This document shows, piece after piece, positions 1 to 13,700 of a stretch of DNA of 64,000 nt. The stretch is from Auanema rhodensis (taxonomy: Eukaryota > Animalia > Nematoda). Where the stretch lies: assembly GCA_964057225.1 (NCBI GenBank), contig OZ059896.1, positions 4,278,001 through 4,342,000 on the forward strand, in the 5' to 3' direction. Below the pieces are notes generated by a model that saw nothing but the letters and a program-made list of their open reading frames with translations, ran no database searches and was not told the DNA's origin. Position 1 is the stretch's first letter. Each line of letters begins with the position of its first letter. The translations under genes and the position numbers were made by a program.

Positions 1-176
1 GCATCTCTTTATCTTTCACGTGAAGCGAGTTACATACCAAGTGCACATCACGTGTACATTTAATTAGCATAAATTAAAGTTCACGTAAATTTCAAACTCA
101 TGGTTACCATGCACCAATATCAATAAAAATTTGTTTTTAGACTAATATGGACATGGAGAATCTATTTTTAAAAACC
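1..176 (+). repeat. Representative 176-bp monomer (left-domain variant)
   Basis: Next GCAT start is at 177. Contains TTCACGTGAA (15-24), GTGCAC (41-46), ATCACGTG (47-54), TGTACA (53-58) and CATGGTTACCATG (99-111). Confidence 0.99.
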
Positions 177-352
177 GCATCTCTTTATCTTTCACGTGAA
201 GCGAGTTACATACCAAGTGCACATCACGTGTACATTTAATTAGCATAAATTAAAGTTCACGTAAATTTCAAACTCATGGTTACCATGCACCAATATCAAT
301 AAAAATTTGTTTTTAGACTAATATGGACATGGGGAATCTAATTTTGAAAACC

Positions 353-1933
353 GCATCTCTTATCTTCCACGTGAAGCGAGTTACATACCAAGTGCACATC
401 ACGTGTACATTTAATTAGCATAAATTAAAGTTCACGTAATTTTCAAAGTCATGGTTACCATGAACCAATATCAATGAATATTTGTTTTTAGACTAATATG
501 GACATGGGGAATCTAATTTTGAAAACCGCATCTATTTATCTTTCACGCGAAGCGAGTTACATACCAAGTGCACATCACGTGTACATTTAATTAGCATAAA
601 GTAAAGTTCACGTAAATTTCAAACTCATGGTTACCATGCACCAATATCAATAAAAATTTGTTTTTAGACTAATATGGACATGGGGAATCTAATTTTGAAA
701 AACGCATCTCTTTATCTTTCACGTGAAGCGAGTTACATACCAAGTGCACATCACGTGTACATTTAATTAGCATAAATTAAAGTTCACGTAAATTTCAAAC
801 TCATGGTTACCATGCACCAATATCAATAAAAATTTGTTTTTAGACTAATATGGACATGGGGAATCTAATTTTGAAAACCGCATCTTTTATCTTCCACGTG
901 AAGCGAGTTACATACCAAGTGCACATCACGTGTACATTTAATTAGCATAAATTAAAGTTCACGTAATTTTCAAAGTTATGGTTACCATGAACCAATATCA
1001 ATGAATATTTGTTTTTAGACTAATATGGACATGGGGAATCTAATTTCGAAAACCGCATCTATTTATCTTTCACGCGAAGCGAGTTACATACCAAGTGCAC
1101 ATCACGTGTACATTTAATTAGCATAAAGTAAAGTTCACGTAAATTTCAAACTCATGGTTACCATGCACCAATATCAATAAAAATTTGTTTTTAGACTAAT
1201 ATGGACATGGGGAATCTAATTTTGAAAAACGCATCTCTTTATCTTTCACGTGAAGCGAGTTACATACCAAGTGCACATCACGTGTACATTTAATTAGCAT
1301 AAATTAAAGTTCACGTAAATTTCAAAGTCATGGTTACCATGCACCAATATCAATAAAATTTTGTTTTTAGACTAATATGGACATGGGGAATCTAAATTTG
1401 AAAACCGCATCTCTTTATCTTTCACGTGAAGCGAGTTACATACCAAGTGCACATCACGTGTACATTTAATTAGCATAAATTAAAGTTCACGTAAATTTCA
1501 AACTCATGGTTACCATGCACCAATATCAATAAAAATTTGTTTTTAGACTAATATGGACATGGGGAATCTAATTTTGAAAACCGCATCTTTTATCTTCCAC
1601 GTGAAGCGAGTTACATACCAAGTGCACATCACGTGTACATTTAATTAGCATAAATTAAAGTTCACGTAATTTTCAAAGTTATGGTTACCATGAACCAATA
1701 TCAATGAATATTTGTTTTTAGACTAATATGGACATGGGGAATCTAATTTCGAAAACCGCATCTATTTATCTTTCACGCGAAGCGAGTTACATACCAAGTG
1801 CACATCACGTGTACATTTAATTAGCATAAAGTAAAGTTCACGTAAATTTCAAACTCATGGTTACCATGCACCAATATCAATAAAAATTTGTTTTTAGACT
1901 AATATGGACATGGGGAATCTAATTTTGAAAAAC
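353..1933 (+). repeat. Local 3-mer/4-mer higher-order repeat containing 175-bp monomers
   Basis: 175-bp monomers at 353, 880 and 1583 (CTTCCACG, TAATTTTCAAAG, CAATGAATATTT). Each is followed by a TCTATTT/CACGCG/AAAGTAAAG monomer (528, 1055, 1758). Offsets are 527 and 703. Confidence 0.9.
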
Positions 1934-4709
1934 GCATCTCTTTATCTTTCACGTGAAGCGAGTTACATACCAAGTGCACATCACGTGTACATTTAATTAG
2001 CATAAATTAAAGTTCACGTAAATTTCAAAGTCATGGTTACCATGCACCAATATCAATAAAATTTTGTTTTTAGACTAATATGGACATGGGGAATCTAAAT
2101 TTGAAAACCGCATCTCTTTATCTTTCACGTGAAGCGAGTTACATACCAAGTGCACATCACGTGTACATTTAATTAGCATAAATTAAAGTTCACGTAAATT
2201 TCAAACTCATGGTTACCATGCACCAATATCAATAAAATTTTGTTTTTAGACTAATATGGACATGGGGAATCTAATTTTGAAAACCGCATCTCTTTATCTT
2301 TCACGTGAAGCGAGTTACATACCAAGTGCACATCACGTGTACATTTAATTAGCATAAATTAAAGTTCACGTAAATTTCAAAGTCATGGTTACCATGCACC
2401 AATATCAATAAAAATTTGTTTTTAGACTAATATGGACATGGAGAATCCATTTTTAAAAACCGCATCTCTTTATCTTCCACGTGAAGCGAGTTACATACCA
2501 AGTGCACATCACGTGTACATTTAATTAGCATAAATTAAAGTTCACGTAAATTTCAAACTCATGGTTACCATGCACCAATATCAATAAAAATTTGTTTTTA
2601 GACTAATATGGACATGGGGAATCTAATTTTGAAAAACGCATCTCTTTATCTTTCACGTGAAGCGAGTTACATACCAAGTGCACATCACGTGTACATTTAA
2701 TTAGCATAAATTAAAGTTCACGTAAATTTCAAAGTCATGGTTACCATGCACCAATATCAATAAAATTTTGTTTTTAGACTAATATGGACATGGGGAATCT
2801 AAATTTGAAAACCGCATCTCTTTATCTTTCACGTGAAGCGAGTTACATACCAAGTGCACATCACGTGTACATTTAATTAGCATAAATTAAAGTTCACGTA
2901 AATTTCAAACTCATGGTTACCATGCACCAATATCAATAAAATTTTGTTTTTAGACTAATATGGACATGGGGAATCTAATTTTGAAAACCGCATCTCTTTA
3001 TCTTTCACGTGAAGCGAGTTACATACCAAGTGCACATCACGTGTACATTTAATTAGCATAAATTAAAGTTCACGTAAATTTCAAAGTCATGGTTACCATG
3101 CACCAATATCAATAAAAATTTGTTTTTAGACTAATATGGACATGGAGAATCCATTTTTAAAAACCGCATCTCTTTATCTTCCACGTGAAGCGAGTTACAT
3201 ACCAAGTGCACATCACGTGTACATTTAATTAGCATAAATTAAAGTTCACGTAAATTTCAAACTCATGGTTACCATGCACCAATATCAATAAAAATTTGTT
3301 TTCAAACTAATATGGACATGGGGATTCTAATTTTGAAAACCGCATCTCTTTATCTTTCACGTGAAGCGAGTTACATACCAAGTGCACATCACGTGTACAT
3401 TTAATTAGCATAAATTAAAGTTCACGTAAAATTCAAAGTCATGGTTACCATGCACCAATATCAATAAAATTTTGTTTTTAGACTAATATGGACATGGGGA
3501 ATCTAATTTTGAAAACCGCATCTTTTTATCTTTCACGTGAAGCGAGTTACATACCAAGTGCACATCACGTGTACATTTAATTAGCATAAATTAAAGTTCA
3601 CGTAAATTTCAAACTCATGGTTACCATGCACCAATATCAATAAAAATTTGTTTTTAGACTAATATGGACATGGGGAATCTAATTTTGAAAAACGCATCTC
3701 TTTATCTTTCACGTGAAGCAAGTTACATACCAAGTGCACATCACGTGTACATTTAATTAGCATAAATTAAAGTTCACGTAAATTTCAAAGTCATGGTTAC
3801 CATGCACCAATATCAATAAAATTTTGTTTTTAGACTAATATGGACATGGGGAATCTAAATTTGAAAACCGCATCTCTTTATCTTTCACGTGAAGCGAGTT
3901 ACATACCAAGTGCACATCACGTGTACATTTAATTAGCATAAATTAAAGTTCACGTAAATTTCAAAGTCATGGTTACCATGCACCAATATTAATAAAAATT
4001 TGTTTTTAGACTAATATGGACATGGGGAATCTAATTTTGAAAACCGCATCTCTTTATCTTTCACGTGAAGCGAGTTACATACCAAGTGCACATCACGTGT
4101 ACACTTAATTAGCATAAATTAAAGTTCACGTAAATTTCAAAGTCATGGTTACCATGCACCAATATCAATAAAAATTTGTTTTTAGACTAATATGGACATG
4201 GGGAATCTAATTTTGAAAACCGCATCTCTTTATCTTTCACGTGAAGCGAGTTACATACCAAGTGCACATCACGTGTACATTTAATTAGCATAAATTAAAG
4301 TTCACGTAAATTTCAAAGTCATGGTTACCATGAACCAATATCAATAAAAATTTGTTTTTAGACTAATATGGACATGGGGAATCTAATTTTGAAAACTGCA
4401 TCTCTTTATCTTTCACGTGAAGCGAGTTACATACCAAGTGCACATCACGTGTACATTTAATTAGCATAAATTAAAGTTCATGTAAATTTCAAAGTCATGG
4501 TTACCATGCACCAATATCAATAAAAGTTTGTTTTTAGACTAATATGGACATGGGGAATCTAATTTTGAGAACCGCATCTCTTTATCTTTCACGTGAAGCG
4601 AGTTACATATAAAGTGCACATCACGTGTACATTTAATTAGCATAAATTAAAGTTCACGTAAGTTTCAAAGTCATGGTTACCATGAACCAATATCAATAAA
4701 AATTTGTTT

Positions 4710-7700
4710 TTAGACTAATATGGACATGGGGAATCTAATTTTGAAAACCGCATCTCTTTATCTTTCACGTGAAGCGAGTTACATACCAAGTGCACATCAC
4801 GTGTACATTTAATTAGCATAAATTAAAGTTCACGTAAATTTCAAAGTCATGGTTACCATGCACCAATATCAATAAAAATTTGTTTTTAGACTAATATGGA
4901 CATGGAGAATCCATTTTTAAAAACCGCATCTCTTTATCTTCCACGTGAAGCGAGTTACATACCAAGTGCACATCACGTGTACATTTAATTAGCATAAATT
5001 AAAGTTCACGTAAATTTCAAACTCATGGTTACCATGCACCAATATCAATAAAAATTTGTTTTCAAACTAATATGGACATGGGGATTCTAATTTTGAAAAC
5101 CGCATCTCTTTATCTTTCACGTGAAGCGAGTTACATACCAAGTGCACATCACGTGTACATTTAATTAGCATAAATTAAAGTTCACGTAAAATTCAAAGTC
5201 ATGGTTACCATGCACCAATATCAATAAAATTTTGTTTTTAGACTAATATGGACATGGGGAATCTAATTTTGAAAACCGCATCTTTTTATCTTTCACGTGA
5301 AGCGAGTTACATACCAAGTGCACATCACGTGTACATTTAATTAGCATAAATTAAAGTTCACGTAAATTTCAAACTCATGGTTACCATGCACCAATATCAA
5401 TAAAAATTTGTTTTTAGACTAATATGGACATGGAGAATCTAATTTTGAAAATCGCATCTCTTTATCTTTCACGTGAGGCGAGTTACATACCAAGTGCACA
5501 TCACGTGTACATTTAATTAGCATAAATTAAAGTTCACGTAAATTTCAAAGTCATGGTTACCATGAACCAATATCAATAAAAATTTGTTTTTAGACTAATA
5601 TGGACATGGGGAATCTAATTTTGAAAACCGCATCTCTTTATCTTTCAAGTGAAGCGAGTTACATACCAAGTGCACATCACGTGTACATTTAATTAGCATA
5701 AATTAAAGTTCACGTAAATTTCAAATTCATGGTTACCATGAACCAATATCAATAAAAATTTGTTTTCAAACTAATATGGACATGGGGATTCTAATTTTGA
5801 AAACCGCATCTCTTTATCTTTCACGTGAAGCGAGTTACATACCTAGTGCACATCACGTGTACATTTAATTAGCATAAATTAAAGTTCACGTAAATTTCAA
5901 AGTCATGGTTACCATGCACCAATATTAATAAAAATTTGTTTTTAGACTAATATGGACATGGGGAATCTAATTTTGAAAACCGCATCTCTTTATCTTTCAC
6001 GTGAAGCGAGTTACATACCAAGTGCACATCACGTGTACACTTAATTAGCATAAATTAAAGTTCACGTAAATTTCAAAGTCATGGTTACCATGCACCAATA
6101 TCAATAAAAATTTGTTTTTAGACTAATATGGACATGGGGAATCTAATTTTGAAAACCGCATCTCTTTATCTTTCACGTGAAGCGAGTTACATACCAAGTG
6201 CACATCACGTGTACATTTAATTAGCATAAATTAAAGTTCACGTAAATTTCAAAGTCATGGTTACCATGAACCAATATCAATAAAAATTTGTTTTTAGACT
6301 AATATGGACATGGGGAATCTAATTTTGAAAACTGCATCTCTTTATCTTTCACGTGAAGCGAGTTACATACCAAGTGCACATCACGTGTACATTTAATTAG
6401 CATAAATTAAAGTTCATGTAAATTTCAAAGTCATGGTTACCATGCACCAATATCAATAAAAGTTTGTTTTTAGACTAATATGGACATGGGGAATCTAATT
6501 TTGAGAACCGCATCTCTTTATCTTTCACGTGAAGCGAGTTACATATAAAGTGCACATCACGTGTACATTTAATTAGCATAAATTAAAGTTCACGTAAGTT
6601 TCAAAGTCATGGTTACCATGAACCAATATCAATAAAAATTTGTTTTTAGACTAATATGGACATGGGGAATCTAATTTTGAAAACCGCATCTCTTTATCTT
6701 TCACGTGAAGCGAGTTACATACCAAGTGCACATCACGTGTACATTTAATTAGCATAAATTAAAGTTCACGTAAATTTCAAAGTCATGGTTACCATGAACC
6801 AATATCAATAAAAATTTGTTTTTAAACTAATATGGACATGGGGAATCTAATTTTTAAAACCGCATTTCTTTATCTTTCAAGTGAAGCGAGTTACATACCA
6901 AGTGCACATCACGTGTACATTTAATTAGCATAAATTAAAGTTCACGTAAATTTCAAAGTCATGGTTACCATGAACCAATATCAATAAAAATTTGTTTTTA
7001 GACTAATATGGACATGGGGAATCTAATTTTGAAAACTGCATCTCTTTATCTTTCACGTGAAGCGAGTTACATACCAAGTGCACATCACGTGTACATTTAA
7101 TTAGCATAAATTAAAGTTCATGTAAATTTCAAAGTCATGGTTACCATGCACCAATATCAATAAAAGTTTGTTTTTAGACTAATATGGACATGGGGAATCT
7201 AATTTTGAGAACCGCATCTCTTTATCTTTCACGTGAAGCGAGTTACATATAAAGTGCACATCACGTGTACATTTAATTAGCATAAATTAAAGTTCACGTA
7301 AGTTTCAAAGTCATGGTTACCATGAACCAATATCAATAAAAATTTGTTTTTAGACTAATATGGACATGGGGAATCTAATTTTGAAAACCGCATCTCTTTA
7401 TCTTTCACGTGAAGCGAGTTACATACCAAGTGCACATCACGTGTACATTTAATTAGCATAAATTAAAGTTCACGTAAATTTCAAAGTCATGGTTACCATG
7501 AACCAATATCAATAAAAATTTGTTTTTAAACTAATATGGACATGGGGAATCTAATTTTTAAAACCGCATTTCTTTATCTTTCAAGTGAAGCGAGTTACAT
7601 ACCAAGTGCACATCACGTGTACATTTAATTAGCATAAATTAAAGTTCACGTAAATTTCAAAGTCATGGTTACCATGAACCAATATCAATAAAAATTTGTT

Positions 7701-10700
7701 TTCAAACTAATATGGACATGGGGATTCTAATTTTGAAAACCGCATCTCTTTATCTTTCACGTGAAGCGAGTTACATACCTAGTGCACATCACGTGTACAT
7801 TTAATTAGCATAAATTAAAGTTCACGTAAATTTCAAAGTCATGGTTACCATGAACCAATATCAATAAAAATTTGTTTTTAGACTAATTTGGACATGGGGA
7901 ATCTAATTTTGAAAACCGCATCTCTTTATCTTTCAAGTGAAGCGAGTTACATACCAAGTGCACATCACGTGTACATTTAATTAGCATAAATTAAAGTTCA
8001 CGTAAATTTCAAAGTCATGGTTACCATGAACCAATATCAATAAAAATTTGTTTTTAAACTAATATGGACATGGGGAATCTAATTTTGAAAACCGCATCTT
8101 TTTATCTTTCACGTGAAGCGAGTTACATACCTAGTGCACATCACGTGTACATTTAATTAGCATAAGTTAAAGTTCACGTAAATTTCAAAGTCATGGTTAC
8201 CATAAACCAATATCAATAAAAATTTGTTTTTAGACTAATATGGACATGGGGAATCTAATTTTGAAAACCGCATCTCTTTATCTTTCACGTGAAGCGAGTT
8301 ACATATAAAGTGCACATCACGTGTACATTTAATTAGCATAAATTAAAGTTCACGTAAATTTCAAAGTCATGGTTACCATGAACCAATATCAATAAAAATT
8401 TGTTTTTAAACTAATATGGACATGGGGATTCTAATTTTGAAAACCGCATCTCTTTATCTTTCACGTGAAGCGAGTTACATACCTAGTGCACATCACGTGT
8501 ACATTTAATTAGCATAAATTAAAGTTCACGTAAATTTCAAAGTCATGGTTACCATGAACCAATATCAATAAAAATTTGTTTTTAGACTAATTTGGACATG
8601 GGGATTCTAATTTTGAAAACCGCATCTCTTTATCTTTCACGTGAAGCGAGTTACATACCTAGTGCACATCACGTGTACATTTAATTAGCATAAATTAAAG
8701 TTCACGTAAATTTCAAAGTCATGGTTACCATGAACCAATATCAATAAAAATTTGTTTTTAAACTAATATGGACATGGGGAATCTAATTTTGAAAACCGCA
8801 TCTCTTTATCTTTCACGTGAAGCGAGTTACATACCTAGTGCACATCACGTGTACATTTAATTAGCATAACTTAAAGTTCACGTAAATTTCAAAGTCATGG
8901 TTACCATGCACCAATATCAATAAAAGTTTGTTTTAAGACTAATATGGACATGGGGAATCTAATTTTGAAAACCGCATCTCTTTATCTTTCACGTGAAGCG
9001 AGTTACATATAAAGTGCACATCACGTGTACATTTAATTAGCATAAATTAAAGTTCACGTAAATTTCAAAGTCATGGTTACCATGAACCAATATCAATAAA
9101 AATTTGTTTTTAAACTAATATGGACATGGGGATTCTAATTTTGAAAACCGCATCTCTTTATCTTTCACGTGAAGCGAGTTACATACCTAGTGCACATCAC
9201 GTGTACATTTAATTAGCATAAATTAAAGTTCACGTAAATTTCAAAGTCATGGTTACCATGAACCAATATCAATAAAAATTTGTTTTTAGACTAATTTGGA
9301 CATGGGGATTCTAATTTTGAAAACCGCATCTCTTTATCTTTCACGTGAAGCGAGTTACATACCTAGTGCACATCACGTGTACATTTAATTAGCATAAATT
9401 AAAGTTCACGTAAATTTCAAAGTCATGGTTACCATGAACCAATATCAATAAAAATTTGTTTTTAAACTAATATGGACATGGGGAATCTAATTTTGAAAAC
9501 CGCATCTCTTTATCTTTCACGTGAAGCGAGTTACATACCTAGTGCACATCACGTGTACATTTAATTAGCATAACTTAAAGTTCACGTAAATTTCAAAGTC
9601 ATGGTTACCATGCACCAATATCAATAAAAGTTTGTTTTAAGACTAATATGGACATGGGGAATCTAATTTTGAGAACCGCATCTCTTTATCTTTCACGTGA
9701 AGCGAGTTACATATAAAGTGCACATCACGTGTACATTTAATTAGCATAAATTAAAGTTCACGTAAATTTCAAACTCATGGTTACCATGCACCAATATCAA
9801 TAAAAATTTGTTTTTAGACTAATATGGACATGGGGAATCTAATTTTGAAAAACGCATCTCTTTATCTTTCACGTGAAGCGAGTTACATACCAAGTGCACA
9901 TCACGTGTACATTTAATTAGCATAAATTAAAGTTCACGTAAATTTCAAACTCATGGTTACCATGCACCAATATCAATAAAATTTTGTTTTTAGACTAATA
10001 TGGACATGGGGAATCTAATTTTGAAAACCGCATCTCTTTATCTTTCACGTGAAGCGAGTTACATACCAAGTGCACATCACGTGTACATTTAATTAGCATA
10101 AATTAAAGTTCACGTAAATTTCAAAGTCATGGTTACCATGCACCAATATCAATAAAAATTTGTTTTTAGACTAATATGGACATGGAGAATCCATTTTTAA
10201 AAACCGCATCTCTTTATCTTCCACGTGAAGCGAGTTACATACCAAGTGCACATCACGTGTACATTTAATTAGCATAAATTAAAGTTCACGTAAATTTCAA
10301 ACTCATGGTTACCATGCACCAATATCAATAAAAATTTGTTTTCAAACTAATATGGACATGGGGATTCTAATTTTGAAAACCGCATCTCTTTATCTTTCAC
10401 GTGAAGCGAGTTACATACCAAGTGCACATCACGTGTACATTTAATTAGCATAAATTAAAGTTCACGTAAAATTCAAAGTCATGGTTACCATGCACCAATA
10501 TCAATAAAATTTTGTTTTTAGACTAATATGGACATGGGGAATCTAATTTTGAAAACCGCATCTTTTTATCTTTCACGTGAAGCGAGTTACATACCAAGTG
10601 CACATCACGTGTACATTTAATTAGCATAAATTAAAGTTCACGTAAATTTCAAACTCATGGTTACCATGCACCAATATCAATAAAAATTTGTTTTTAGACT

Positions 10701-13700
10701 AATATGGACATGGAGAATCTAATTTTGAAAATCGCATCTCTTTATCTTTCACGTGAGGCGAGTTACATACCAAGTGCACATCACGTGTACATTTAATTAG
10801 CATAAATTAAAGTTCACGTAAATTTCAAAGTCATGGTTACCATGAACCAATATCAATAAAAATTTGTTTTTAGACTAATATGGACATGGGGAATCTAATT
10901 TTGAAAACCGCATCTCTTTATCTTTCAAGTGAAGCGAGTTACATACCAAGTGCACATCACGTGTACATTTAATTAGCATAAATTAAAGTTCACGTAAATT
11001 TCAAATTCATGGTTACCATGAACCAATATCAATAAAAATTTGTTTTCAAACTAATATGGACATGGGGATTCTAATTTTGAAAACCGCATCTCTTTATCTT
11101 TCACGTGAAGCGAGTTACATACCTAGTGCACATCACGTGTACATTTAATTAGCATAAATTAAAGTTCACGTAAATTTCAAAGTCATGGTTACCATGCACC
11201 AATATTAATAAAAATTTGTTTTTAGACTAATATGGACATGGGGAATCTAATTTTGAAAACCGCATCTCTTTATCTTTCACGTGAAGCGAGTTACATACCA
11301 AGTGCACATCACGTGTACACTTAATTAGCATAAATTAAAGTTCACGTAAATTTCAAAGTCATGGTTACCATGCACCAATATCAATAAAAATTTGTTTTTA
11401 GACTAATATGGACATGGGGAATCTAATTTTGAAAACCGCATCTCTTTATCTTTCACGTGAAGCGAGTTACATACCAAGTGCACATCACGTGTACATTTAA
11501 TTAGCATAAATTAAAGTTCACGTAAATTTCAAAGTCATGGTTACCATGAACCAATATCAATAAAAATTTGTTTTTAGACTAATATGGACATGGGGAATCT
11601 AATTTTGAAAACTGCATCTCTTTATCTTTCACGTGAAGCGAGTTACATACCAAGTGCACATCACGTGTACATTTAATTAGCATAAATTAAAGTTCATGTA
11701 AATTTCAAAGTCATGGTTACCATGCACCAATATCAATAAAAGTTTGTTTTTAGACTAATATGGACATGGGGAATCTAATTTTGAGAACCGCATCTCTTTA
11801 TCTTTCACGTGAAGCGAGTTACATATAAAGTGCACATCACGTGTACATTTAATTAGCATAAATTAAAGTTCACGTAAGTTTCAAAGTCATGGTTACCATG
11901 AACCAATATCAATAAAAATTTGTTTTTAGACTAATATGGACATGGGGAATCTAATTTTGAAAACCGCATCTCTTTATCTTTCACGTGAAGCGAGTTACAT
12001 ACCAAGTGCACATCACGTGTACATTTAATTAGCATAAATTAAAGTTCACGTAAATTTCAAAGTCATGGTTACCATGAACCAATATCAATAAAAATTTGTT
12101 TTTAAACTAATATGGACATGGGGAATCTAATTTTTAAAACCGCATTTCTTTATCTTTCAAGTGAAGCGAGTTACATACCAAGTGCACATCACGTGTACAT
12201 TTAATTAGCATAAATTAAAGTTCACGTAAATTTCAAAGTCATGGTTACCATGAACCAATATCAATAAAAATTTGTTTTTAGACTAATTTGGACATGGGGA
12301 TTCTAATTTTGAAAACCGCATCTCTTTATTTTTCACGTGAAGCGAGTTACATACCTAGTGCACATCACGTGTACATTTAATTAGCATAAATTAAAGTTCA
12401 CGTAAATTTCAAAGTCATGGTTACCATGAACCAATATCAATAAAAATTTGTTTTTAAACTAATATGGACATGGGGAATCTAATTTTGAAAACCGCATCTC
12501 TTTATCTTTCACGTGAAGCGAGTTACATACCTAGTGCACATCACGTGTACATTTAATTAGCATAACTTAAAGTTCACGTAAATTTCAAAGTCATGGTTAC
12601 CATGCACCAATATCAATAAAAGTTTGTTTTTAGACTAATATGGACATGGGGAATCTAATTTTGAGAACCGCATCTCTTTATCTTTCACGTGAAGCGAGTT
12701 ACATATAAAGTGCACATCACGTGTACATTTAATTAGCATAAATTAAAGTTCACGTAAATTTCAAAGTCATGGTTACCATGAACCAATATCAATAAAAATT
12801 TGTTTTTAAACTAATATGGACATGGGGAATCTAATTTTTAAAACCGCATTTCTTTATCTTTCAAGTGAAGCGAGTTACATACCAAGTGCACATCACGTGT
12901 ACATTTAATTAGCATAAATTAAAGTTCACGTAAATTTCAAAGTCATGGTTACCATGAACCAATATCAATAAAAATTTGTTTTCAAACTAATATGGACATG
13001 GGGATTCTAATTTTGAAAACCGCATCTCGTTATCTTTCACGTGAAGCGAGTTACATACCTAGTGCACATCACGTGTACATTTAATTAGCATAAATTAAAG
13101 TTCACGTAAATTTCAAAGTCATGGTTACCATGAACCAATATCAATAAAAATTTGTTTTTAGACTAATTTGGACATGGGGAATCTAATTTTGAAAACCGCA
13201 TCTCTTTATCTTTCAAGTGAAGCGAGTTACATACCAAGTGCACATCACGTGTACATTTAATTAGCATAAATTAAAGTTCACGTAAATTTCAAAGTCATGG
13301 TTACCATGAACCAATATCAATAAAAATTTGTTTTTAAACTAATATGGACATGGGGAATCTAATTTTGAAAACCGCATCTTTTTATCTTTCACGTGAAGCG
13401 AGTTACATACCTAGTGCACATCACGTGTACATTTAATTAGCATAAGTTAAAGTTCACGTAAATTTCAAAGTCATGGTTACCATAAACCAATATCAATAAA
13501 AATTTGTTTTTAGACTAATATGGACATGGGGAATCTAATTTTGAAAACCGCATCTCTTTATCTTTCACGTGAAGCGAGTTACATATAAAGTGCACATCAC
13601 GTGTACATTTAATTAGCATAAATTAAAGTTCACGTAAATTTCAAAGTCATGGTTACCATGAACCAATATCAATAAAAATTTGTTTTTAAACTAATATGGA

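Noticed and set aside
114-140. CCAAT box and AATAAA poly(A) signal with a T-rich tract
   Set aside because: Short motifs expected by chance in 68% AT DNA, with no gene context.
1-176. Identity with known ~176-bp satellites (Brassica CentBr, honeybee AluI repeat, Arabidopsis CEN178, alpha satellite)
   Set aside because: No AAGCTT or AGCT site, no CENP-B box (TTCG....A..CGGG) and no similarity I can recognise. Only the length agrees; a database search is needed.
47-177. Budding-yeast point centromere (CDEI ATCACGTG, 77-bp spacer, TGTTTTT like the start of CDEIII)
   Set aside because: The spacer is only ~77% AT (CDEII is >90%), the essential TTCCGAA core is missing, and point centromeres are not tandem arrays.
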